In this document: in pieces, positions 28,859 through 38,468 of the stretch
How the letters are laid out: every line of letters starts with the position of its first letter
How positions within the stretch are numbered: the first letter of the stretch is position 1
DNA from: Candidatus Poribacteria bacterium
GTDB taxonomy: Bacteria; Poribacteria; WGA-4E; WGA-3G
DNA: 64,000 bases
Assembly (NCBI GenBank): GCA_963665235.2
Contig: CAXXLX010000001.1
Location: 3,616,001-3,680,000 of the forward strand
Direction of reading: 5' to 3'
Translations under genes and position numbers: made by a program
The notes under the pieces: generated by a model
Told to the model about the DNA's origin: nothing
What the model saw: the letters and a program-made list of their open reading frames with translations, nothing else
Databases searched by the model: none

Positions 28859-29745
28859 AGAGATTAGATAGTTTACGGGTTCGCGCGCATGCCAAAATCA
28901 ACCTCTATTTGGATGTTATCGGCAAACGTGCGGATGGATACCATGAACTTGAGACAGTTTTCCATTCCATCGACTTGCACGATGTTATTATCATTTGCAG
29001 GCGGGACAGGCAGGGGATAACAGTTCACTGTGAACATCCAGAGGTGCCGTGTGATGAAAGCAATATAGTCTATCGGGCGGCGCAATCCCTCAGCGATACA
29101 GTGGGTGGATTCGGGGGTGTTGAGATACAGATTCATAAGCGAATACCTGTCGCAGCAGGGCTCGGGGGGGGAAGCGCAAACGCTGCGGCTGTCCTCCACG
29201 GTATCAATCAACTTTTTTCGTTGGGTTTACCCCAGGACACGCTGATGCAACTCGGGGTACAATTAGGGGCAGATGTTCCGTTTTGCCTATTAGGGGGGGC
29301 AGCACTCGGACACGGTATCGGTGAGATTTTAACCCCATTACCCGCGCTTGTGAATGTGCCGCTACTCCTTTTAAACCGAGGTGTAGCGATTTTAACAGCG
29401 AATGTCTTCAAAAATTTACATTTTTTCTTGACAAATGAGAAAAAAGTAGGTATAATTATAAAGACTTATGTTGAGAAGGGTGATGTCGTTGGAATTTCAG
29501 AAAACCTGTACAATCTGCTTGAAGTGCCGGTTTTCTCCAAATATCCCGAACTTGCCACGCTTAAAACCGAACTAGCGAAACAGCCGGGCTGTTCCGGCGC
29601 GCTGATGTCGGGAAGTGGGGCCACGGTGTTTGGCGTGATGGAAGACATCGCTGCAGCACAACAGGCCGAATCACACTTCAAAAACAACGTCAACTTTCAC
29701 ACAACGACTGCCACAAGTGCTGTCGGTGTGTACATCGATAATTGA
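28855..29745 (+). CDS. ispE: 4-diphosphocytidyl-2-C-methyl-D-erythritol kinase
   Basis: AKINLYL, DGYHEL, KRIPVAAGLGGGS, GADVPF and MSGSG motifs. Confidence 0.95.
   Translation: MKRLDSLRVRAHAKINLYLDVIGKRADGYHELETVFHSIDLHDVIIICRRDRQGITVHCEHPEVPCDESNIVYRAAQSLSDTVGGFGGVEIQIHKRIPVAAGLGGGSANAAAVLHGINQLFSLGLPQDTLMQLGVQLGADVPFCLLGGAALGHGIGEILTPLPALVNVPLLLLNRGVAILTANVFKNLHFFLTNEKKVGIIIKTYVEKGDVVGISENLYNLLEVPVFSKYPELATLKTELAKQPGCSGALMSGSGATVFGVMEDIAAAQQAESHFKNNVNFHTTTATSAVGVYIDN
29428..29456 (+). promoter_or_regulatory. Consensus sigma70 promoter inside ispE (for tRNA-Gln/rplY)
   Basis: TTGACA-17bp-TATAAT, perfect consensus in a local AT-rich patch. Confidence 0.75.
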
Positions 29746-29817
29746 AGGGCGGTGGCCAAGCGGTAAGGCACAGGTCTTTGGAACCTGCATGCGTAGGTTC
29801 GAATCCTACCCGCCCTG
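29746..29817 (+). tRNA. tRNA-Gln(TTG), CCA not encoded
   Basis: Cloverleaf: AGGGCGG/CCGCCCT acceptor, CAGGT-CTTTGGA-ACCTG anticodon arm, GTAGG-TTCGAAT-CCTAC T arm. Confidence 0.95.
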
Positions 29818-29855
29818 TTCTTTATTTACTAAGACAAAAGGTTTAAAAGTATAAA

Positions 29856-30572
29856 ATGCAACAAGCGAAATTAGAAATTCAACAACGAGACACCTTCGGA
29901 AAACAAGGGGCCCGTGCCCTCCGACGCGCGGGGGATGTGCCAGCTGTCCTCTACGGACGCAAGCAGGGGACCGTAGCAATCCAACTCAACGAACGCACAT
30001 TCAAACAATTCCTCCGAACCTACGGTGAAAACGTCATCATTAATATGGAAGTCACCGAAGGCAATCCGGAACCTGTCATTATCAAAGAAATTCAACGTGA
30101 CCCTGTGGAAAAACAGACTATCCTTCATGCAGATTTTATTAGAATCTCGTTGGATGAACCTGTAACATCAACTGTCCCTGTTGTTTTGGTAGGCACTCCC
30201 GCAGGGGCACAGCACGGCGGGGTCGTCGAATTCCCACTCCGATACTTAACACTAAGATGCCTGCCCGAGCTGATGCCCAATGAAATTCCCATCGACATTA
30301 ATCAGATGGAAATTGGCGATAGCGTCTATGTCCGAGACTTAGAACTTGCCGAAGAAATCGATATTTTAGATGAACTTCAACGGATGATTGTTACGGTCAG
30401 TCAGCCGCGTGTCCAGGTCGAAGAAGAGATTGAGCCAGAAGAAGGCGAAGAAGGCGAAGAAGGTGAAGAAGGTGAAGGTGAAGAAGGCGCAGCGGAAGCG
30501 GAAGAAAATGAAGAGCCAACTGAACCTGAAGTAATTTCACGTAGACGGCGTGGCGATGATGACGAAGATTGA
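29856..30572 (+). CDS. rplY: 50S ribosomal protein L25/Ctc with acidic tail
   Basis: R...GK..ARALRR.G.VPAVLYG, IKEIQRDP and HADF motifs; (EEG)n tail. Confidence 0.93.
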   Translation: MQQAKLEIQQRDTFGKQGARALRRAGDVPAVLYGRKQGTVAIQLNERTFKQFLRTYGENVIINMEVTEGNPEPVIIKEIQRDPVEKQTILHADFIRISLDEPVTSTVPVVLVGTPAGAQHGGVVEFPLRYLTLRCLPELMPNEIPIDINQMEIGDSVYVRDLELAEEIDILDELQRMIVTVSQPRVQVEEEIEPEEGEEGEEGEEGEGEEGAAEAEENEEPTEPEVISRRRRGDDDED

Positions 30573-30596
30573 TAACACAGCTGGAGTACCACCCGT

Positions 30597-31766
30597 TTGG
30601 AGAAAAATGTGAAAATCAAAGATTTTCATATCTTTTTTTTATTCATTGGCGTAGTCGGCTACGCAATATACAGCGTTGCACAAATGCCAACTGTCCGATT
30701 CGTTGACAGTGAGGGAAAAACGCTCGACGAGGCACAAGCTGTTCTGCATGCCGAACAGCTTTACGTGCCGCTTGATACCGTCAAAACCGTTTTTGACCCG
30801 GAGATGACACACCGTTATAGTCTCCCTACAAAACAGCTCACTTTGAAAACGAAAGGCAAACAGCTCCTCTTACAGATAAACGACTCTAGCGTCTCCATCG
30901 ATTCCGGAAGACAAATTGTTACGCTCCCAGCACCCCCCCGGGTGATTCGGGGAGAACCGATGTTACCCATCGCTTTCTTTTACCAACTGCTCCCACTCCT
31001 TGATAACGTTGAGGTACGCTACAACTCTAACCTTCAACGTATTCGGATAATGTCCAAAACGGAACAGGCACCCAACGCCTCCGAAGACAAGCAGGAATGG
31101 ACAGTTATTATTGACCCCGGACACGGCGGGGAGGATGACCTCGGTTGTGAAAGTCAGGCGGGACTCCTTGAAAAGGATATCGTTCTTTTACTCGCTAAAG
31201 AAATTCAAATTCTCAGCGAACAGCAAGGGCTCTCGATTCGGCTCACGCGTGCCCGGGATGTCAAAAAGACGCGTATTCAACGTATTCAAAGTGCAAACCG
31301 AAATCGGGGACAACTGTTTCTGAGTTTGCATTGTAACGCCTCCTTTTCGCCAAATGACAGCGGCATGCAGCTTTACCTCAATAACCCGAACGGGCTGCTT
31401 CGATTCCAAAACCCTGTCAAATCAGCATTCAGCCGGGAACGTCTGAGACTTCTGCCGCAACCCAATTTTCTGTCGCAGAGCCGAGAATTTGCTACCTTGC
31501 TTCAGAAAGAGTTGGATTTCATGGCAGAAAAACCGGTTGTTATAAACGAATTACCTATAGTCGCGCTAGCGGATGCGTCTATGCCTGCTGTGCTGCTGGA
31601 GCTCGGTTTTCTCACTAATACAGCAGATGTTATATTACTTTCCAACCATGACCATATCAATGAACTCGCGGCAGCTATTCTCCGCGCCATACAGGTATAT
31701 TCCGCAGCGGCTAAACCGCCAGCCGATGCTGCTGAGCAGCAGGAAAACGAACAGCACCAGGAGTAA
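30597..31766 (+). CDS. N-acetylmuramoyl-L-alanine amidase (Amidase_3) with N-terminal stalk-like domain
   Basis: IDPGHGG, EKDI, LTR, FLSLHCNA and LLELGFLTN motifs. Confidence 0.88.
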   Translation: MEKNVKIKDFHIFFLFIGVVGYAIYSVAQMPTVRFVDSEGKTLDEAQAVLHAEQLYVPLDTVKTVFDPEMTHRYSLPTKQLTLKTKGKQLLLQINDSSVSIDSGRQIVTLPAPPRVIRGEPMLPIAFFYQLLPLLDNVEVRYNSNLQRIRIMSKTEQAPNASEDKQEWTVIIDPGHGGEDDLGCESQAGLLEKDIVLLLAKEIQILSEQQGLSIRLTRARDVKKTRIQRIQSANRNRGQLFLSLHCNASFSPNDSGMQLYLNNPNGLLRFQNPVKSAFSRERLRLLPQPNFLSQSREFATLLQKELDFMAEKPVVINELPIVALADASMPAVLLELGFLTNTADVILLSNHDHINELAAAILRAIQVYSAAAKPPADAAEQQENEQHQE

Positions 31767-31774
31767 TCTAGATT

Positions 31775-32359
31775 GTGAAGGATAACACTAAAATTATTCT
31801 TTCAAGACTCTCCGTGATATGGGGCATAACCCTGGTAGGTATTATTATCGGGCTTGCTATCACCCTCCTGCTGATTTCCCGGACGAAGCAGCATGCACCA
31901 CAACCCCCACCCCGACTGCCGGATGCTGCTAGTCCCTCAGATAACCCACCGCCCCCACAACAGGCAAACCTATTTCTTTTGGACGCGACATCCCTTGAAA
32001 TCGCGCCTGTTAAAATGGAACTACGTCTCTACTTGGAACCCGCGGAACGTTTGAAACAGATAATAGAAGCACTTGTTCGCGAAACACCGCCCAACTTCAG
32101 AAATCCGATTCCGAGAGGAACAGAGCTCACTGAAGCATATATTGACAGTCAAAAAACCGCATATCTAGACTTTTCACGACAGCTCATCGATGGACATATT
32201 GGCGGAACGACAGCAGAATTTTTAACCATCACTGCTATTCTTAAAACCATCTTTGATGCATTCCCCGATGAAATTAAACAGGTTCAAATCTTAATTGAGG
32301 GGAACGTAGTGGAAACACTCGCCGGGCACCTAAATATTTCACAACCGCTGCGGTTTTGA
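31775..32359 (+). CDS. GerMN-domain membrane protein
   Basis: N-terminal TM; IPRGT, AYLDFS, GG...E and VQILIEG..VETLAGH motifs. Confidence 0.85.
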   Translation: MKDNTKIILSRLSVIWGITLVGIIIGLAITLLLISRTKQHAPQPPPRLPDAASPSDNPPPPQQANLFLLDATSLEIAPVKMELRLYLEPAERLKQIIEALVRETPPNFRNPIPRGTELTEAYIDSQKTAYLDFSRQLIDGHIGGTTAEFLTITAILKTIFDAFPDEIKQVQILIEGNVVETLAGHLNISQPLRF

Positions 32360-32456
32360 TGCGGCAATTCCCACCGCTTCCCCGTATCCTTCCCGCTAAC
32401 GGAAAGGTTATAGCGGCCGCGGACTGCGCGGAATACGTTCATGGAGAAACAGACGC

Positions 32457-33050
32457 TTGAAACTTATCGTTGGACTCGGCAACCCCGGTCCCCGCTATGA
32501 ACACACCAAACATAACGTAGGTTTTCGCGTGATTGACGCGCTCTATAAAAAAGCGACATCCGGTAAGCACAAGCTGGCCTCCCAGCGCACCGCTTCGGAT
32601 AATGTCTTGCTTCGCTGCAAATCGCTCATCGTGCAGACGACATGGCACGACACCCCGGTTATCCTTGCTAAACCGATGACATATATGAATAATAGCGGCA
32701 CTGCTGTCTCTGCACTTGTCAACTACTTTGAAGTCCCGCTCACGGACCTCTGTATCGTCTACGATGATGTACATCTGGATATCGGGGTGCTTCGGATACG
32801 ACAGAAGGGCAGCGACGGCGGTCAGAAAGGGATGAAGTCTATTATTCATCATTTAGGCACAATGGCGTTTCCCCGTTTACGCATCGGTATTGGCGAACCT
32901 GTCGGCGATATCGTCGATTATGTTCTCACCGAATTTTCGGAAACCGAAGAAATTGAGATAGCACAGACTATCGACCGGGCAGCCGATGCCCTCGAAACCC
33001 TCGTCAGCCAGGATATTCTTACCGTTATGAATCGGTTTAACGGACGCTAA
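32457..33050 (+). CDS. pth: Peptidyl-tRNA hydrolase
   Basis: LIVGLGNPG..Y..TKHNVGF, KPMTYMNNSG and RLRIGIG motifs. Confidence 0.95.
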   Translation: MKLIVGLGNPGPRYEHTKHNVGFRVIDALYKKATSGKHKLASQRTASDNVLLRCKSLIVQTTWHDTPVILAKPMTYMNNSGTAVSALVNYFEVPLTDLCIVYDDVHLDIGVLRIRQKGSDGGQKGMKSIIHHLGTMAFPRLRIGIGEPVGDIVDYVLTEFSETEEIEIAQTIDRAADALETLVSQDILTVMNRFNGR

Positions 33051-33089
33051 ACTCAAAGGATAGTAGACATACCTTAAAGAGATGGAAAT

Positions 33090-34199
33090 ATGGACAAAAA
33101 ATATCGCGTTCAGAACGTGGCGGAAATACCGAGCCCTTCCCTACTTGTCTATCTTGCACAGGTTCAGCAAAATATTGAACGTGCTATTGCTATTGTGGAT
33201 GGGGATGTCTCAAAACTCAGACCTCACGCCAAAACACACAAAACAGCAGAAATCATAAAAATGGTGCAAGATGCAGGTATTCTCAAACACAAGTGTACCA
33301 CGCTGCGGGAAGCAGAAATGCTTGCACAAAACGGTATAGCGGATATTTTAATCGCTTATCAAATGGTAGGACCAAACATCAACCGATTTGTGTCATTACG
33401 GCAGCGGTTTCCACAGGTTGATTTCAAAGTCATCGTTGACCATCCGGCACCGGTGGCAGTACTTTCTGCCGAAATTGCTAAACACGGTTTGAACGTTAAA
33501 GTGATGCTCGATATGGATGTCGGAATGCATCGCACCGGTGTGCCTGTCGGTGCAGCAGCTGTTGATATTTACGCAGATATTGCGCGGGCAGACGGTTTAC
33601 AACCGTGGGGTTTGCATGTTTACGATGGACATATCCATGACGAAGATATTGCCGCGCGCCGCGCTGCTTGCAATCAAAGTCTTGCGCAGGTAGAAGAGAT
33701 GCGGGACATGCTTTCTGCGAAAGGGTTCGATGTGCCTTTGGTTGTGATGGGGGGTACGCCGACATTTCCTATCTATGCTAAAACCCCTGGGGTGGAGACA
33801 TCGCCGGGGGCCTTCATCTTCCACGATTACGGTTACGCTACACGTTACCCCGACCTCGGTTTTACCCCCGCTGCACTGCTACTGAGCCGCGTCATCAGCA
33901 GACCTACCCCGAACCGGATTACCCTTGATTTGGGCCACAAAGCTATCGCTGCTGACCCGGTAGGGGTGCGTGGCACGGTTTTAAGTATTGACAACGCGGC
34001 GGTAGACAAACAACATGAGGAGCATTGGGTGGTTAATATTCCTGAAAGGACACCTATCCAAATCGGACAAGAGGTTTACGTTTGTCCGACACATATCTGT
34101 CCATCGGTTGCGTTGCATCCGTTCTATTATGTGATAGATGCTGATGGGTATTGCAGGGAAACGTGGGAGGTCACTGCACGAAATCGGAGTTTGTCTTGA
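33090..34199 (+). CDS. D-threonine aldolase/DSD1-family PLP-dependent enzyme
   Basis: RPHAKTHK, GMHRTG, HVYDGH, GGTPTF, EEH and PTHICP motifs. Confidence 0.88.
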   Translation: MDKKYRVQNVAEIPSPSLLVYLAQVQQNIERAIAIVDGDVSKLRPHAKTHKTAEIIKMVQDAGILKHKCTTLREAEMLAQNGIADILIAYQMVGPNINRFVSLRQRFPQVDFKVIVDHPAPVAVLSAEIAKHGLNVKVMLDMDVGMHRTGVPVGAAAVDIYADIARADGLQPWGLHVYDGHIHDEDIAARRAACNQSLAQVEEMRDMLSAKGFDVPLVVMGGTPTFPIYAKTPGVETSPGAFIFHDYGYATRYPDLGFTPAALLLSRVISRPTPNRITLDLGHKAIAADPVGVRGTVLSIDNAAVDKQHEEHWVVNIPERTPIQIGQEVYVCPTHICPSVALHPFYYVIDADGYCRETWEVTARNRSLS

Positions 34200-34237
34200 G
34201 GTGGCGAAAATAGGAAAATACTGGATTTGCCGTTGAG

Positions 34238-34740
34238 CTATCCATAAAGTGCATCTGCTAGGTTATTAGGGACACCACAACGCGATGTCTTAATTTCAAA
34301 TGTCCCGCCTCGGAAACGCACTTTAGACCTATTGCTATTAAGCTCTCTAACTTCCGCAGTGCGAATCCCCCTGCTGTGGAACAAGATAGGACAGCATGCA
34401 ATTGTGAAACCTTTGTCCTGCGGCACAAAGGGATTCGCGAAAGTCGCGCCTCCCTTCAATTGTTTGGAGACTTCTGATGCATCAACTGCCCACTCTTGAG
34501 TTCCATTGGCACCACTACATAGGTATTTTGGGAACGCTCGTACAAAAATATAACGTAGTCACAGATTTTTTGCCCTTCCTGCCCACTCGGGAACACCGCG
34601 TCCATATCCACAATAATTAAATCGGGGGGAACGCCGGTCAAATCTACGCGACATCTATCTCGGCTAAGCGATTTACTATTGTTATCAATCAGGTTTTCTT
34701 CGCCTATTCGCGTTCGGATGTAACTAAGTAAAGTGCTCAT
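34238..34740 (-). pseudogene. Small PD-(D/E)xK-like protein, copy 2, split by a 1-nt frameshift near 34490
   Basis: CDYVIF..VPMELKSG, then a shifted frame VDASEVSKQL..PILFH..KVRFRG; collinear with 36187-36711. Confidence 0.8.
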
Positions 34741-34741
34741 G

Positions 34742-36181
34742 TTAGCCGTGAGTATCCCCTGATGCTGCCTTGAGCCGATTCCGAAGGTTTACCGCCCGAT
34801 TGTATAGATGTTCCGCCACGTCTCCATATTCCCTTGGTTCGATGCCTTCAATATGATTGTATTTAATCTCTTCCACTGCTCTATCCCTTTGAAACAACCA
34901 GACTCCAACCTGTTCTTTCTGAAGCGAAATCTGAGGCTCACTAGTTTTTTCTCCTATTTGCTCTAGTTCCCCTTCGCGAATCAGATTTGCGATTTCTTGA
35001 AGCAACCAGTCGCTGTGTGTTGTTGCAACCACTTGCACACCCGCGCGAACTAAGCGAGCAAGGATTACTGCCATCTTCGCCTGCGTATCGGGATGCAGGT
35101 GTGCCTCCGGTTCTTCAATGATAAGCGTATCCCCCGGACAGATTCCACCCCGCAGAAAGAGCACCAACGGCGCAAGTTCGGACACAATTGCCGAAGCATG
35201 GCTTAGCCGAAGCATATCCTCTGTTCTGTGTGGACAGTACAGGAATTCTGGGTATCCACTTGGCGAAGAGCTTGCCACTATTTTCCCATCAAGTAGGTCT
35301 ACCTCCAAAGTATCGGCGATAGCGAGTAGTTCGCTATTAGACACGCCGCTTTCTTTATAAAGTATTAGGTGTTGGAGAAAATCAGCTAGTATCCCTGTCA
35401 ACGTTGCCCCCTTTGCTTTATCTGCTGTAAATGCACGAGTGGCGCGCGCTACAAGTGAACTTGCAATTATCGCATGACTCTGGATAGCACCGCTACGGGA
35501 AGCAGGTAAGTAGTAACACTGCCGAACTTTAATAGGGCGGTAGGAGAATTTAGAACGTTCTATCTCCTCAGGACGAATACACAGATTCTCGCTAATCTGT
35601 TCCGATACGGTGGTATTGCTCCCCGAATTCCGGAGTGCAACCCGCCAAAGCTCCTGATTCGCCTCCCGTACCGCCACGGAAACGGCCATTTCATCCCACG
35701 GGGCTGCGGATGCCCGAAGGAGTTTTGAAACGGAACTGCGGTCGAAACAACGTTTGAGTTCGTTCTCAAAACCTTCACTGTTTCGCAGCCCTGCTCTCAC
35801 CTCGTCGCGAATTCGCTGCGGAAGTTCCGAAAACTTAAGCGGTTGATTACCTATTTCCAGTTTTTTGGGGAATTCCTGAATGTCATCCGTGGGTACACTG
35901 CTATCTCCTGAAAAATCTGTTTCCAATAAGACTTCCGAGAATAATGCGTTCGCTCGATTTAGCAAGGGACAACGTGGAAATCCCTCAAGAATGCCGTGCA
36001 ACGCATAGATAAGCGTAGAGAAATAGGTTTTTCCTGTGTTGCTCGGACCGACAAATACCGTCAAGGGTCGGAGCGCGATTGCAGCTTCCGCAATCGGGCC
36101 AAAATTCTCCACAGCGATTTCGACATTTGGGTGTGGCGGCACCGTTGCTGTTTGCGTCTGTTTCGTTTCGCGTAGTGTCAT
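34742..36181 (-). CDS. ABC-type AAA ATPase (AAA_15/AAA_21-like), copy 2
   Basis: ENFGPI, GPSNTGKT, LPASRSG, LIIEEPEAHLHP and TTHS motifs. Confidence 0.9.
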   Translation of the reverse strand: MTLRETKQTQTATVPPHPNVEIAVENFGPIAEAAIALRPLTVFVGPSNTGKTYFSTLIYALHGILEGFPRCPLLNRANALFSEVLLETDFSGDSSVPTDDIQEFPKKLEIGNQPLKFSELPQRIRDEVRAGLRNSEGFENELKRCFDRSSVSKLLRASAAPWDEMAVSVAVREANQELWRVALRNSGSNTTVSEQISENLCIRPEEIERSKFSYRPIKVRQCYYLPASRSGAIQSHAIIASSLVARATRAFTADKAKGATLTGILADFLQHLILYKESGVSNSELLAIADTLEVDLLDGKIVASSSPSGYPEFLYCPHRTEDMLRLSHASAIVSELAPLVLFLRGGICPGDTLIIEEPEAHLHPDTQAKMAVILARLVRAGVQVVATTHSDWLLQEIANLIREGELEQIGEKTSEPQISLQKEQVGVWLFQRDRAVEEIKYNHIEGIEPREYGDVAEHLYNRAVNLRNRLKAASGDTHG

Positions 36182-36186
36182 TTTTT

Positions 36187-36711
36187 CTATACCGTGTTGT
36201 TGAGCAGAACCCCCGCAAGATTCTTTGCTTGAGCACATTTACTCCGCCTAATCCCTATGTTCCGGCTGCGGAAGCGGACTTTGGCACTTTCAAGTCGATA
36301 GAGTTGAGATTTATCAATACCTCTACCGTGGAAAAGGACAGGAACACATCTAATTTTGAGCGTTTTCAGAACAGCGTCTGACCCTCTAGATAAGCTTCCA
36401 AATATCTCCATGACGAAATCTGCAGCTTTTTGCAGCTGTTCGCGAACATCAGTTGTTTTAAAGGTACCACTTTTAAGCTCAATTAACACAACGACCAAAC
36501 TGTTTTGAATTGTATCCGCGTAGAAGAGAACGTAATCACACCGTTTCGTGTCTATTTTACGTCGTTTAAACTCACATTCAAGGTCCACAATAATCCGTGA
36601 AGGTGGAACGTCCTCTAGATAGACACGACATCCGTCTCCGCTACAAGACGTACTCAAACACTCTTGGTTCACCCGTTCCGCAATTTCGGTAAGTAGCTCT
36701 TCTAATCCCAC
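36187..36711 (-). CDS. Small PD-(D/E)xK-like putative nuclease, copy 1
   Basis: KRCDYVLF....VLIELKSG......EQL motif; tightly spaced between the two ATPases. Confidence 0.7.
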   Translation of the reverse strand: MGLEELLTEIAERVNQECLSTSCSGDGCRVYLEDVPPSRIIVDLECEFKRRKIDTKRCDYVLFYADTIQNSLVVVLIELKSGTFKTTDVREQLQKAADFVMEIFGSLSRGSDAVLKTLKIRCVPVLFHGRGIDKSQLYRLESAKVRFRSRNIGIRRSKCAQAKNLAGVLLNNTV

Positions 36712-36717
36712 TCGTTG

Positions 36718-38193
36718 TTATCCTTGGTTAGCTTCCTCAAGTAGGTCTTGGAGGTTAACAGACCGGTCATAGAGTTTATGGGCAATCTCTTCGTAATCCT
36801 TTGGCTCTACACCTTCGGTCCGGTCAAACGGAATTGGTTTGACCGTTCCCTCCTTTTGGAACCACCAAGTTCCCACCTCATCCGATAATAACCAACTTTT
36901 TAATTCATTCGTTTGCTTTGTAGATGTGTCTGTTTTCTTTAGCTCCCCTATCCGGATTAAGTTGCCAATCTCTTTGAGCAGCCAGTCGCTGTGGGTTGTC
37001 ACAACTACACGTACACCCGCTCGAACTAAGTTTGCAAAAGTTAATGCTACCTCAGTTTGCGCGCCGGGGTGTAAGTGTGCCTCCGGTTCCTCAATAATGA
37101 GTGTATCTCCAGGACTAATGACCCCGCGAAGAAATAGCACCAGGGGGGCAAGTTCAGAAATCATTGATGAGGCTTGGTTCAGATGAATATCCTCTTTCAT
37201 TTCCCACGGACGATAAAGAAATCTTGGATATCCGTTCGGTGAAGGCTGCCAGATAATTTCCCCGCCGAGGATATTGGCCTCTAAGGCATTGGCAATAGCA
37301 TTCATTCCGCCACTATGTTTCTTATCTGTAGAGTAGAGTATGATATGTCGCAGGAAGTCTGCCAGGCCTTCAGAAAACGTTGGAACTTCCGGGGAGCGTT
37401 CGAACCCCGTACGGGTAAAATGTGCTACTAGAGAGCTTGCAATTATGCTATAGCTCTGCATGATACCACTTCGCGCAGCAGGCAGATAGTATATATCTCC
37501 TGCTGCGCTGCCGAGTTCATCGATGAGCCCCCATAGTTCTGAAAACCCTAGGATTTTTTCGGGTGCCGGTTCACCTGCGGGCCGAAGAAGCAGCTCCTCA
37601 CTGACCCAGCCATCTAAGGTGATTTCTGATTCGGAAGTCTTCATATTGAAGTGCCAAATGTTTTGATTTGCCGCATGCACCTTCAATGAAACCCCCATTT
37701 CGTGGCGACAATTGCCACTCGACCTTCTCATTTCTCCAACAGAGGCTACATTGAAACAATTCTTAAGTTCGTCCGTGAGTTTTTCTGAATCTGTGAAATT
37801 TGACTGGACTGAGTCGCGCACCCTCTGAGGTAAGTCCGAGAGTTTTAGAGGCTGGTCGTTCATGTTTAATTTTACAAGTAATTCCGCAATTTCCTTTTTC
37901 AACCCAGGAGAAACAGTCAAGGGGGTAGGTTCCACATCTGATACTATCTCAAATTCAAAGAGACGTTCTTGAATGAAGCGGATAGGGAATCCTGAGAAAC
38001 CTTCAAATGCTTTGTGCAACGCATAGATAAGCGTAGAGAAATAGGTTTTTCCTGTGTTGCTCGGACCGACAAATATCGTCAAGGGTCGGAGCGCGATTGC
38101 GGCTTCTGCAATCGGTCCAAAATTCTCGACAGCGATTTCGACATTTGGGTGTGGCGGCACCGTTGCTGTTTGCGTCTGTTTCGTTTCGCGCAT
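36718..38193 (-). CDS. ABC-type AAA ATPase (AAA_15/AAA_21-like), copy 1
   Basis: GPSNTGKT, LPAARSG, ASSMISEL, LIIEEPEAHLHP and TTHS motifs; RBS aaggag. Confidence 0.9.
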   Translation of the reverse strand: MRETKQTQTATVPPHPNVEIAVENFGPIAEAAIALRPLTIFVGPSNTGKTYFSTLIYALHKAFEGFSGFPIRFIQERLFEFEIVSDVEPTPLTVSPGLKKEIAELLVKLNMNDQPLKLSDLPQRVRDSVQSNFTDSEKLTDELKNCFNVASVGEMRRSSGNCRHEMGVSLKVHAANQNIWHFNMKTSESEITLDGWVSEELLLRPAGEPAPEKILGFSELWGLIDELGSAAGDIYYLPAARSGIMQSYSIIASSLVAHFTRTGFERSPEVPTFSEGLADFLRHIILYSTDKKHSGGMNAIANALEANILGGEIIWQPSPNGYPRFLYRPWEMKEDIHLNQASSMISELAPLVLFLRGVISPGDTLIIEEPEAHLHPGAQTEVALTFANLVRAGVRVVVTTHSDWLLKEIGNLIRIGELKKTDTSTKQTNELKSWLLSDEVGTWWFQKEGTVKPIPFDRTEGVEPKDYEEIAHKLYDRSVNLQDLLEEANQG

Positions 38194-38219
38194 CGGAATT
38201 TCTCCTTTGAGAAATTGGG

Positions 38220-38468
38220 TCACTGTAGTTTACCGTCAACCCACAGTTCATATTCATAGTGCCATATCCGGTAAAGAATCCGGACGATGAAGGGCAATCC
38301 ATCAATTTTGAAACGATGCACTAATCCTGTGTCCCAGAATTTGGAAGGTCTTTCGTAGATAAGCTCATCGTAGACATAGATATGGACTTTGCCTGACCAT
38401 GCCCGCCAATGCTCAACACGAACAGTATGAGGATTTTCGGTTTTTACGTACCACTCTTGAGTTCTCAT
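38220..38468 (-). CDS. Small hypothetical protein
   Basis: 82-aa ORF overlapping the upstream stop (ATGA coupling); beta-rich, ends YELWVDGK. Confidence 0.65.
   Translation of the reverse strand: MRTQEWYVKTENPHTVRVEHWRAWSGKVHIYVYDELIYERPSKFWDTGLVHRFKIDGLPFIVRILYRIWHYEYELWVDGKLQ

Noticed and set aside
30419-30520. GAAGAAGGC repeats as a DNA element
   Set aside because: They encode the acidic EEG tail common in L25/Ctc proteins.
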